NCBI GenBank assembly: GCA_040767365.1 | Contig: JAXGOR010000003.1 | Location: forward strand, 135,826-199,825 | Source: Clostridia bacterium | Lineage (GTDB): Bacteria; Bacillota; Clostridia; Saccharofermentanales; DTU023 | DNA: 64,000 bases | Direction of reading: 5' to 3' | Part shown: piece after piece, positions 18,810 to 27,660 of the stretch | How positions within the stretch are numbered: the first letter of the stretch is position 1 | Layout: the number at the start of each line of letters is the position of its first letter | Made by a program: the position numbers and the translations under genes | The notes under the pieces: generated by a model | Told to the model about the DNA's origin: nothing | The model's database searches: none | What the model saw: only the letters and a program-made list of their open reading frames with translations

Positions 18810-19238
18810 AGAATTCCTCCTGTATACGTCTCTTTGTTGGCTCTCTCGAGCCGACACGCTTGTGCGTAGCGGAAGACCGGACGCACGGGTGATAGTTTAT
18901 CGTGACCGTGACAGGCACCCCCGCCGGGGTCTGTCGTGGTAGTCACCCCTAGGGGTTCTCCTTATCGAGGAGGCGGCGGATATCCTTCAGGATATCGGTG
19001 TCCGTCTCTTGTGGCTCAACCTCTTTGGCCTCGGCCTCTTCGGCCTTTTGCCGGCGCAGTTTATTGACTGCCTTCATCACGATGAAGAGGAAGAAGGCGA
19101 CGATGAGGAAAGTGATGATCGATTGGATCAGTTGGCCATAGGTAAGGGCAACCTCCTCAGCGCCATCGCTCGCTTGTTTCAGGACAATTTTCAGGTTTGT
19201 AAAGTCAATGCCGGCGGTGAGATAACCCACCAGGGGCA

Positions 19239-19251
19239 TGAGGATATCGTT
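19239..19251. repeat. 13-bp target-site duplication, left of IS copy 1
   Basis: TGAGGATATCGTT, identical to 20977-20989. Confidence 0.95.
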
Positions 19252-20976
19252 AGATAAATGACAATGTAACCTGGACAGTGAGTCAAAAAACGTCCAGCTT
19301 AATCTGGCAAATAGAATGTCCTACTTAATCTGGCAAGAGTGACCTCTTTCGTCAACCAAAACTTTATACTGTCCCAAGAGAAGAACCAAGCTCAAGGCGG
19401 GCCTTCCCTAAGGAGGTTGCCATGAGCCACTACCAACACCTGACCCTGGAGGACAGGGTCTTAATCAAAATGAAACTGGAAGTCAGCCGACTCTTTTCGT
19501 AAGATCGCAAAAGACTTGGGTAAATCCCCCACCACCATCTCCCAGGAGATAAAAAAGCATCGGAGCCGTATCGAGAAGAATGCCTTCAATACCCGCTACA
19601 ACCCTTGTAAGCACCGATTCCACTGTCCTGCCCAACTTTTATGTGGCAGGCTCTACTGCAAGAAGAAAACCTGTGCCTCCTGCAAGGAAGGCGCTCTCCT
19701 CTTTGCCCTGACTTCGAAGAAGAATACTGCCCACGCCTGCAAAAGGCACCCTATGTCTGCCATGGCTGCAAGCAAAAGAATCGCTGTGGCCTGACCCGCT
19801 ACGAGTACATGCCCACCGTTGCTCACCATCAATACCTGGAGCTCCTGTCCGAATCCCGTCAAGGGAGGTCTTATTCGCCTGAAGAGGTCGACTCCATCCG
19901 CAAGATCGTGAAGGCAGATCTCAAGCGGGGGCTATCGCCTTACATCATCTGGGCCAACCACAAGAACGAACTGCCTTGCTCTCACCGGACCATCTACCGG
20001 CTCATCCAGGACCGAGCCCTGGCTGAAGTCTCAGGCTTTGACCTGCCCTACAAGATCCGTTACCGGCCCAGAAGAAAGAGGCGGGAGCACAAGATTGACA
20101 CGCGCTGCCGTCAGGGGAGGACCTGCCAGGACTACCTGGCCTTCATGGGGGAGGACCCCTGGCCCGTCGTCGAGATGGACACGGTCATCGGGACGGTCGG
20201 GGGCAAGGTCATCTTGTCCCTCTATTTCCAAGAGTCCTCCTTGCTCCTCTTATACTTGAGAGAACGTAATACGGCCCAGTCCGTCATCGATTGCTTTAAT
20301 CGCCTCTACGATGTCCTGGGCCGGGACAGCTTTTGTCGACTCTTCCCGGTCCTCCTCACCGACAACGGATCGGAGTTCTCCAATCCTGTTGCCATTGAGT
20401 TTGACCAAGAAGGCCAAAGGCGGACCCGGATCTACTATTGTGACCCGGGGATGCCAAACCAGAAGCCTGGAGTGGAAGGGGCCCACAAGCACTTAAGGCG
20501 CATTTTACCCAAGGGGACGTCTTTCAATGATCTGACCCAGGAAGACCTGAACCAGGTCATGGGCCATGTCAACGGTTTCCCCAGAAAAAAGCTGAATGAC
20601 CGGTCACCAACCCAGTCATTCAGCGCTACTTTCGGGAGGGACATCCTGGAACGCTTAGGCGTTCCTTGTATCGATCCTTCCCAAGTAGTTTTACGGCCCA
20701 GCGCCCTACAAAAGTAGACCGCTGATTTTCGGGAAAAAGCCCGCCTCGAACGCCGTTCTTCTCTAACGTTCCAGGCCATCCAGCTTAAAGTGTCGTAAAC
20801 GACAAATAGCTCGATGGTTCTGTTAAGCGCGCTCTTCTTTCCTGCCGTGCTCCCCATTCTACCATTTATCTTCGCTTTACGGGGTTTTTCTTGTGACTGC
20901 CAAACCCCTCGCTACAGTTTGTTTCAAGTTTTCTTGGATCCCTACTCTACTGTCCAGGTTAGCTTGTCATTTATCG
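19252..20976 (+). mobile_element. IS30-family insertion sequence, copy 1 (1725 bp)
   Basis: Imperfect ~31-bp terminal inverted repeats AGATAAATGACAATGTAACCTGGACAGTGAG / CGATAAATGACAAGCTAACCTGGACAGTAGAG; 13-bp flanking direct repeat; near-identical to 56353-58074. Confidence 0.95.
19422..20717 (+). pseudogene. IS30-family transposase with two frameshifts (+1 near 19482, -1 near 19693)
   Basis: Relative to intact copy 2, GAAGTCAGCC replaces GAAGCTGCC (giving an early TAA) and GAAGGCGCTC replaces GAAGGCTGCTC. DDE motifs EMDTV, TDNGSEF and QKPGVE are retained. Confidence 0.85.
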
Positions 20977-20989
20977 TGAGGATATCGTT
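20977..20989. repeat. 13-bp target-site duplication, right of IS copy 1
   Basis: TGAGGATATCGTT. Confidence 0.95.
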
Positions 20990-21175
20990 GACGACACTGT
21001 CGACGATGGCCTTGAAGGCCAGACCGAGTACGAAGCCTATGGCGGCATCCATGACGCTTCCGTTTGCGATGAATTCCTTGAATTCCTTGATCATAGAGCT
21101 GTCACCTCATCCAGGTTTTATAGTCCCGCTTGGTTTGTCCAAGTATAGCAAAGTAGTATTGTCAAAACGATAGCC

Positions 21176-21613
21176 TCACCGGCCCTGCGTGGAGCTCGCC
21201 CGCGCGTAGGGCTTGACGTCGTCCGGCAATTGGTCCGGTTCATAGCTGAGGGCGACCGTGAACTTGCTGTCGACCTGCTTGGCGAGCGCCTCCAGATCCT
21301 TGATGAAAGCGGACAGGGTCGCGGGGCTACCCTCCCCGGCGATCTGGAATATGCAGTCGACGTAGATATGCGAGATGTCGTAATCCTTGGCGTTCATCCC
21401 CGCCAGGAAGGCGATCAGCTGGCCGAAACCGCGGACAGGGTATTCCTTGATGTCAATGCGTCTAACTGAATGAGGTACGAGATGTTCCACTCCGTGCCCG
21501 TATTCGATAAAAACGATATTCGCATTCTTGTCAGCCGCCTCACGCTCCATCTCCTCCAGCATGAGGGGCGTCTTTCCTGAACCCTTGCCTCCGACAATCG
21601 CTTCAACGTACAT
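21176..21613 (-). CDS. Small P-loop-containing conserved clostridial protein (function unknown)
   Basis: N-terminal IVGGKGSGKT, YDISHIYVD Walker-B-like strand; GGGAGG RBS. Confidence 0.75.
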   Translation of the reverse strand: MYVEAIVGGKGSGKTPLMLEEMEREAADKNANIVFIEYGHGVEHLVPHSVRRIDIKEYPVRGFGQLIAFLAGMNAKDYDISHIYVDCIFQIAGEGSPATLSAFIKDLEALAKQVDSKFTVALSYEPDQLPDDVKPYARASSTQGR

Positions 21614-21811
21614 TCATAACCTCCCTGGACCAACCGGTCGTCGTGGCGCCGCGCGCCCACCCTGTTCATACGCCTGCCCACTGTCCGTCCGCCTCAGGCC
21701 GATCCGGGCAGGGGAGGCTTCTGTATATTCATCATACGCTATGGCGGCTGATAATTGTTACAGGATTACTATCTTTTTTCATTCAGATTTTTGAATTCCC
21801 CTGGAAGGATA

Positions 21812-21849
21812 TTGTATGTCAGCACAGAATGCGCTATTGTGTATACACA
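21812..21849 (+). promoter_or_regulatory. Candidate promoter and GntR operator of the glutamate-fermentation operon
   Basis: TTGTAT-N17-TATTGT, overlapped by the perfect palindrome TGTGTATACACA (21838-21849). Confidence 0.55.
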
Positions 21850-21868
21850 GTTGAAAGAGAGGCTGGGG

Positions 21869-22714
21869 ATGGGGATCCGTGAATTCCAGGTAGACCTTTT
21901 GAGGGATGCCTTAGAGCGTATGTGTGGCCCGGCTGCCTGTGAGTTGCCGGCTGACGTGGAGGGGGCGGTGTCGGCGGCCTTGTCATCGGAAGACAGCCTG
22001 ACTGCCCGGTTGGTACTGGAAGAGATTTTGGAAAATTATGATATCGCGGCCGATGAGGGGATCCCAATTTGCCAGGATACCGGTCTGGCCTTTGTTTTTA
22101 TGGACGTCGGCCTGGACGTCCATTTTTCTGGGGATCCTTACGCGGCCATCGATGAAGGGGTCCGGCGAGGCTACCGGAAGAATTGCCTGCGGATGTCAGT
22201 TGTCCGGGATCCCTTACGGCGGGTCAATACGGGCGACAATACGCCGGCCCTGGTCTCGACCCGGCTCGTGCCAGGCGACAGGGTGACCGTGACCCTCCTG
22301 GCCAAGGGCTTTGGCAGTGAGAACATGAGCCGGCTGGCCATGCTCCGGCCCGCCGATGGCCTGGAGGGGGTAAAGGCATTTGTCTTGGAGACCGTGCGGG
22401 AGGCGGGTCCCAATGCCTGTCCACCCCTGGTGATCGGGGTGGGTCTGGGGGGGACCTTCGACCAGGTTGCCCTGGCCGCTAAAAGGGCGCTGACCCGGAA
22501 GCTGGGAGAGGCACACGAGGATCCCTTTTATGCCGATCTTGAAAAAAATCTCCTGGAGGAAATCAATCAACTGGGTCTGGGTCCCCAGGGTATGGGCGGA
22601 CGGACGACAGCGCTTTCTGTCGCGCTTGAAGTCCTGCCCACCCACATTGCCGGCCTGCCGGTCGCCTGCAATATCAATTGCCATGTAGCGCGCCACCGGA
22701 AGGAGGTCCTGTGA
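21869..22714 (+). CDS. Class I fumarate hydratase alpha subunit (probable mesaconate hydratase)
   Basis: PICQDTG, NTGDNTPA, KGFGSEN, AGPNACPP, GPQGMGG and CNINCH motifs; operon context. Confidence 0.9.
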   Translation: MGIREFQVDLLRDALERMCGPAACELPADVEGAVSAALSSEDSLTARLVLEEILENYDIAADEGIPICQDTGLAFVFMDVGLDVHFSGDPYAAIDEGVRRGYRKNCLRMSVVRDPLRRVNTGDNTPALVSTRLVPGDRVTVTLLAKGFGSENMSRLAMLRPADGLEGVKAFVLETVREAGPNACPPLVIGVGLGGTFDQVALAAKRALTRKLGEAHEDPFYADLEKNLLEEINQLGLGPQGMGGRTTALSVALEVLPTHIAGLPVACNINCHVARHRKEVL

Positions 22715-23292
22715 TGTCAAGCAAAAGCTGGATCCCTCTTGAGGCCCCTCTGGACGAGGCCCGGGCCCGGGCCCTCCGTTCGGGTGACCGGGTCCTCCTC
22801 TCGGGGACTGTCTATACGCTCCGGGACGCCGGCCACAAGCGCTTGATAGAGGAGCTGGAGCAGGGCAGGGAGCCGCCCTTCCCTCTCCAGGATGCCGTCA
22901 TCTATTACGTGGGGCCCACACCAGCCCCTCCGGGCCGGGTGATCGGATCCGCGGGGCCGACGACCTCTTACCGGATGGATCCCTATACACCGGCCTTGAT
23001 CGAGCGTGGTCTCCGGGGCATGATCGGCAAAGGCTACCGTGACGACAAGGTCCTGGAAGCCATGAAAAAGGGAGGGGCGGTCTATTTCGCGGCGACGGGC
23101 GGAGCGGGTGCCCTGCTGTCCAAAACTATCCGGGAGGCTGAGGTGATCGCCTGGGAAGATCTGGGCACGGAAGCACTCCGGCGGCTGGTCGTCAGGGACA
23201 TGCCCCTGACGGTGGTCATAGACAGCCAGGGCAATGACCTCTACCGGGAGGGCCCCCGGGCCTGGCGGCGGTCGCAGGGATACGACAGGTAA
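22714..23292 (+). CDS. Class I fumarate hydratase beta subunit (probable mesaconate hydratase)
   Basis: RDAGHKRL, YYVGPTP, GSAGPTTSYRMD, MIGKG and GTEALRRL motifs; TGATG overlap with the alpha gene. Confidence 0.92.
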   Translation: MSSKSWIPLEAPLDEARARALRSGDRVLLSGTVYTLRDAGHKRLIEELEQGREPPFPLQDAVIYYVGPTPAPPGRVIGSAGPTTSYRMDPYTPALIERGLRGMIGKGYRDDKVLEAMKKGGAVYFAATGGAGALLSKTIREAEVIAWEDLGTEALRRLVVRDMPLTVVIDSQGNDLYREGPRAWRRSQGYDR

Positions 23293-23297
23293 GAAGG

Positions 23298-24281
23298 ATG
23301 GACAGGAAGAGCGAGCCGGTCTACAAGCAGATTGCCGACGCCCTGAGGGCCCGGATTGAATCGGGCGAGCTGGCGGCCGGGAGCCGGTTGCCCTCCCTTA
23401 GGGTCCTGGCCCAGGAAGAGGGCGTCTCTGTTGGCACGGCCCGGCATGTCTATGACCTGCTTGAGCAGGAGGGGATCATTGAGCTCCGGAGGGGACGGGG
23501 CAGTTTTGTCACCCTTCCCCTGGCCCAGCAGGATCCGGAGGGCCGCAAGGAAAGAGCGCTGCGGGCGATCGATACCATGATCGGTGAGCTCTCCTCCCTG
23601 GGTTTTTCCACCCGGGAGGCGCAGATATTCTTCGAACTCCGCCTCCGGCAGATGGAGGACTCGACCCGACCGGTCCGCCTGGCCATCGTTGCCGCCACAC
23701 CGGAGGAGCGGTCCATCCTGGGAGAGGCGCTCGAGAAACTGGAAGGGGTGGGAGTTCACCCGATCTCCTACAGCGATTTGCTCTCACAGCCGGGGAGGCT
23801 CAGGGTGGGCTTCGACCTTGTCGCCGCGCCGGCTCCCTTGATCGGGGACCTGAGGCGTCTGGTGCCGGAAGGTCTGCCCCTTATGCCGGTGGCCCTGACC
23901 GTGAGTCATGAGACGGCCTTTGCCTGCCGCCGTATACCGAAAGGATCACGTATCGGGGTCCTGACCGCGAGTGAGGGCTTCGGTCGGCTGATCCAGCGCG
24001 AGTGTATCGATCTCCTCCCCGATTCCGGCATTACCGAGTACGGGCGGTTCGGGGACCGGGACAGGACCCGGGAGTTCATCCGGAGACAGGATGTGCTCCT
24101 GATGTCGCCCAATTATTCCGATCTGGTTGAAACAGCGGAATTGAAGCTCTTCCGGGGCCGGCTCCTGGAGGGCAAGACCCTGATCCGGGTTGTATTCGAG
24201 TGCGATGAGGGCTCGCTCCTTTATCTGGGTAATGCCATTGAATTACGTTATCGCGCCTTACGCGAGTTCCTTCCGGGTTGA
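23298..24281 (+). CDS. GntR-family regulator with atypical C-terminal domain
   Basis: wHTH PVYKQIADAL..GSRLPSLRVLA..VSVGTARHVYDLLEQEG..RRGRGSFV. Confidence 0.88.
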   Translation: MDRKSEPVYKQIADALRARIESGELAAGSRLPSLRVLAQEEGVSVGTARHVYDLLEQEGIIELRRGRGSFVTLPLAQQDPEGRKERALRAIDTMIGELSSLGFSTREAQIFFELRLRQMEDSTRPVRLAIVAATPEERSILGEALEKLEGVGVHPISYSDLLSQPGRLRVGFDLVAAPAPLIGDLRRLVPEGLPLMPVALTVSHETAFACRRIPKGSRIGVLTASEGFGRLIQRECIDLLPDSGITEYGRFGDRDRTREFIRRQDVLLMSPNYSDLVETAELKLFRGRLLEGKTLIRVVFECDEGSLLYLGNAIELRYRALREFLPG

Positions 24282-24303
24282 CCGGGGGCGGGGAGGTTGA
24301 TCT

Positions 24304-24732
24304 ATGCAAGAGGCCAAGAACAGGAAACTCGTCATCGGTGTCATTGGGGCCGATGTCCATGCCGTCGGAATCCGGATCCTTGAATTCGCCTTCCGGGAGG
24401 CTGGATTCGACGTGACCAACCTGGGCGTTATGGTCAGCCAGGAGGAATTCATCGGAGCGGCCCTGGAGACCGCTGCCGATGCCATCATCGTCTCCTCGCT
24501 TTATGGACACGGCGAGCTGGACTGCCGCGGCCTCCGCGATAAATGTGATGAGGCCGGCCTGACGGATATCCTCCTCTACGTGGGCGGCAATATAGTGGTG
24601 GGCAAGCAGGATTTCAAGGACGTGAAAAAACGCTTCCACGATATGGGCTTCGACCGGGTTTTCCCTCCCGGAACCACGCCTGAGGAAGCCATCAGCCACC
24701 TGAACGAGGATCTGGGAGGCCCCCTGCCATGA
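24304..24732 (+). CDS. glmS: Glutamate (methylaspartate) mutase B12-binding subunit S
   Basis: [11 protein letters not shown] (DxHxxG), [23 protein letters not shown]. Also named mutS/mamA. Confidence 0.96.
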   Translation: MQEAKNRKLVIGVIGADVHAVGIRILEFAFREAGFDVTNLGVMVSQEEFIGAALETAADAIIVSSLYGHGELDCRGLRDKCDEAGLTDILLYVGGNIVVGKQDFKDVKKRFHDMGFDRVFPPGTTPEEAISHLNEDLGGPLP

Positions 24733-26129
24733 GGCCGGTTCTCCTGATCGATTTTGGCAGCACCTATACCAAGCTGGTCGCCGTGGACCTCGACCAGGCG
24801 GAGCTGCTCGGGACCGCCTCCGCTCTCACCACGGCCGACAGGGATATCGGGGATGGCTTCCAGAAAGCCTTGGCAGACCTGCATACGAGGACAGGTGTCC
24901 TGGACTATGGCTACAAATTGGCCTGCTCCTCGGCGGCAGGCGGCCTGCGCATGATGGTGTCGGGCCTGGTGCCGGAACTGACGGCAGAGGCCGCGCGCCT
25001 GGCGGCCCTGGGAGCGGGGGCCAGGATTATCCGGGTCTTCAGCCATGAATTGAGCAGGCGGGATCTGGAGGAGATCGAGGCGGCCGTGCCCGACATCTTC
25101 CTTTTGACGGGCGGGACTGACGGCGGCAACCAGGACTGTGTGACGGGCAACGCGAAGAAACTGGCCTCCCTCCCGCTTACCTTCCCCATTATCTATGCCG
25201 GCAACCGCTCTGCCCTGGACGCTTGTGAGGTTATTCTGAAGGATTTTCCGCTGACCGTCTGCCCCAATGTCATGCCGCGTTTCGGGGAGCTCAGGATTGA
25301 ACCGGTGCAAAAGGAAATAAGGGCGCTTTTCCTGTCGCGGATAGTCCAGGCCAGGGGGCTTAGCCGGACAAAAGAGCTCCTGTCGGGCATCCTCATGCCC
25401 ACCCCCTCGGCCCTCCTGGCCGCCGTGACCCTCTTGGCCGACGGGACAGGGGAGGAGCCGGGTCTGGGTGAACTGATGGCAATCGATGTGGGCGGGGCGA
25501 CGACTGACGTCTATTCAATTGGCCGGGGGGAACCGGACGACGTCAGGGTGCTTGTCAAGGGCCTTGAGGAACCCTACGCCAAGCGGACCGTGGAGGGTGA
25601 TATCGGGGTCCGCCACAGTATCCCGGGCATCCTGGAGGAGGCGGGCCTGGAAGAGATTGCCCGGGACGCCGGTCTCTCAGTGCCGGAGACGGAAGAACTG
25701 CTTGACCAGGTCTCCCAGGCTTGCGGCAGGCTTCCCCAAGGCGACCAGGACCACCTGCGGAGGCTGGACGACGCGCTCGCCGCAGGGGCCATCGAGACGG
25801 CGACCCGGCGGCATGCCGGGCAACTGGAGGAGGTCTACACGCCGACAGGCCTGGCCTATGTGCAGACAGGAAAGAACCTGAAAGGGATCCGGCGGCTGAT
25901 CCTGACCGGGGGCTGCCTGGTCCACACAGCCAGGCCCTGCCTGTTGGCCCGCCGGGCCCTCTACAGCCGGCAGCGGCCGGAGTCACTCCGGCCCTTGGAG
26001 GTGGAGCTATACCATGACAGGTCTTACATTCTGGCGACCATGGGGGTCCTGGCGGAGCGGGAGCCCGCCCTGGCTCTCCGGATCATGAAGAAGGAGCTGA
26101 CCCGGCTGGGATCCTGTCGCCGGGATTAG
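24729..26129 (+). CDS. glmL: Glutamate mutase reactivating/accessory protein L
   Basis: [46 protein letters not shown] and KRTVEGDIG; lies between the S and E genes. Confidence 0.93.
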   Translation: MRPVLLIDFGSTYTKLVAVDLDQAELLGTASALTTADRDIGDGFQKALADLHTRTGVLDYGYKLACSSAAGGLRMMVSGLVPELTAEAARLAALGAGARIIRVFSHELSRRDLEEIEAAVPDIFLLTGGTDGGNQDCVTGNAKKLASLPLTFPIIYAGNRSALDACEVILKDFPLTVCPNVMPRFGELRIEPVQKEIRALFLSRIVQARGLSRTKELLSGILMPTPSALLAAVTLLADGTGEEPGLGELMAIDVGGATTDVYSIGRGEPDDVRVLVKGLEEPYAKRTVEGDIGVRHSIPGILEEAGLEEIARDAGLSVPETEELLDQVSQACGRLPQGDQDHLRRLDDALAAGAIETATRRHAGQLEEVYTPTGLAYVQTGKNLKGIRRLILTGGCLVHTARPCLLARRALYSRQRPESLRPLEVELYHDRSYILATMGVLAEREPALALRIMKKELTRLGSCRRD

Positions 26130-26165
26130 GCGGGATGGGGAATTCAGACAAGAGGAGAAGAAGGG

Positions 26166-27620
26166 ATGGATGAACTGCAAAATAAAAAATGGACCCGTGA
26201 TGAGCTTGAAGGTGTCCGGGCAGAGGTGCTGACCCAGTGGCCGACGGGCAAGGAGGTCAAGCTTGATGAAGCCTTCGCCTACCACCAGCAACTGCCCGCC
26301 CACAAGATCTTCAGCCGGAAGCTCGACCAGGCGCATGAGGAGGGCAGGACCCTGATCCAACCCCGGGCCGGGGTTCCGCTCATCCAGGACATGATAGAGC
26401 TTCTGACCTACCTGCAGGATACAGGTCAGGCCGACCTCCTGCCGACCACCATCGACAGCTACACGAGGCAGAACCGTTACCAGGAGGCGGAGATCGGGAT
26501 CACTGAATCGGTCAGGACCCTCAAGGCCATGCTGAACGGGTTTCCCGCGGTCAACCATGGCGTCAGTGGTTGCCGCCAGCTGATCGACGCGCTTGATACC
26601 CCCCTGCAGATCCGCCACGGGACGCCGGATGCCCGCTTGCTGACTGAGATCGCCTACGCCGGTGGCTACACCAGTTACGAGGGGGGCGGGATCTCCTACA
26701 ATATCCCTTACGCCAAAAATGTTCCCTTGGAGACGACCCTCCGTGACTGGCAGTATATCGACCGCCTGACCGGGTTGTATGAGGAGGCCGGCTGCCCGAT
26801 CAACCGGGAGCCCTACGGCCCGCTTACGGGTACCCTGGTCCCCCCCTTCATCTCGCACAGTGTGGCCATCATTGAAAGTCTCCTGGCCGCTGAGCAGGGG
26901 GTCAAAAACATCACGGTGGGCTACGGCCAGTGCGGGAATCTTGTCCAGGACGTGGCCGCTGTCCAGGTCCTCCAAAGCCTGACCGAGGAGTACCTTCGCA
27001 AATACGGTTACGGGGACGTGCATGTGACCACGGTCCTCCATCAATGGATGGGGGGCTTTCCCCAGGAAGAGGCGCAGGCCTATGCCGTCATCTCCTGGGG
27101 GAGTGCCGTGGCGGCCCTGGCCCACGCCACCAAGGTCATCGTCAAGACCCCGCATGAGGCTGTCGGCGTGCCGACCCGGGAGGCCAACGCGGCCGGCATG
27201 CTCTGTACGCGGCAGATCATCAATATGTTGGGCGAGCAGAGCCTCAACACCTACAGCCTGAAGGATGATAAGGTCATAATCGACTCGGAGACCCGCTGTG
27301 TGCTGGACCGCTGTTTCGAACTCGGTCAGGGCGATATCGCCAAGGGTACCATCCTGGCCATCCGCTCCGGTGTCCTCGACATCCCCTTCGCGCCCAGTCG
27401 CTACAACGCGGGGAAAATGCTGCCGGCCCGGGACAACGAAGGCGCCATCCGCCTTTTTCATATCGGCAATATCCCGCTGACATCCGAGCTGGCTGATTTT
27501 CATAGGGAAAAGATTGAGGAACGGGCCAAGCATGAGAAGCGTCAGGCCTCCTTCCAGATGGTGATAGATGATGTCTACGCCATCAGCAAGGGTCGGTTGG
27601 TCGGGCGCCCCAGGTTATAA
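26166..27620 (+). CDS. glmE: Glutamate mutase subunit E
   Basis: [64 protein letters not shown]. Confidence 0.97.
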   Translation: MDELQNKKWTRDELEGVRAEVLTQWPTGKEVKLDEAFAYHQQLPAHKIFSRKLDQAHEEGRTLIQPRAGVPLIQDMIELLTYLQDTGQADLLPTTIDSYTRQNRYQEAEIGITESVRTLKAMLNGFPAVNHGVSGCRQLIDALDTPLQIRHGTPDARLLTEIAYAGGYTSYEGGGISYNIPYAKNVPLETTLRDWQYIDRLTGLYEEAGCPINREPYGPLTGTLVPPFISHSVAIIESLLAAEQGVKNITVGYGQCGNLVQDVAAVQVLQSLTEEYLRKYGYGDVHVTTVLHQWMGGFPQEEAQAYAVISWGSAVAALAHATKVIVKTPHEAVGVPTREANAAGMLCTRQIINMLGEQSLNTYSLKDDKVIIDSETRCVLDRCFELGQGDIAKGTILAIRSGVLDIPFAPSRYNAGKMLPARDNEGAIRLFHIGNIPLTSELADFHREKIEERAKHEKRQASFQMVIDDVYAISKGRLVGRPRL

Positions 27621-27660
27621 ATACGGTCTTTCGACCGTTGGCTATAGAAAGGAAACAATA

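Larger units (their letters stand above)
18949..21094 (-). pseudogene. mscL: Large-conductance mechanosensitive channel gene interrupted by an IS30-family element
   Basis: 5' part 21094-20977 encodes [30 protein letters not shown]; 3' part 19251-18949 encodes NDILMPLVG..YGQLIQSIITFLIVAF..DILKDIRRLL. Removing the IS and one TSD copy restores the frame. Confidence 0.95.

Noticed and set aside
20814-21173. Second ORF in the IS tail (MVLLSALFF..., also 56324-56515)
   Set aside because: No RBS, it runs out through the IR into flanking DNA, and differences between the copies are mostly non-synonymous.
21614-21868. Cobalamin riboswitch upstream of the B12-dependent operon
   Set aside because: No recognisable B12-box or GGGAA core; the region is explained by promoter and operator elements.
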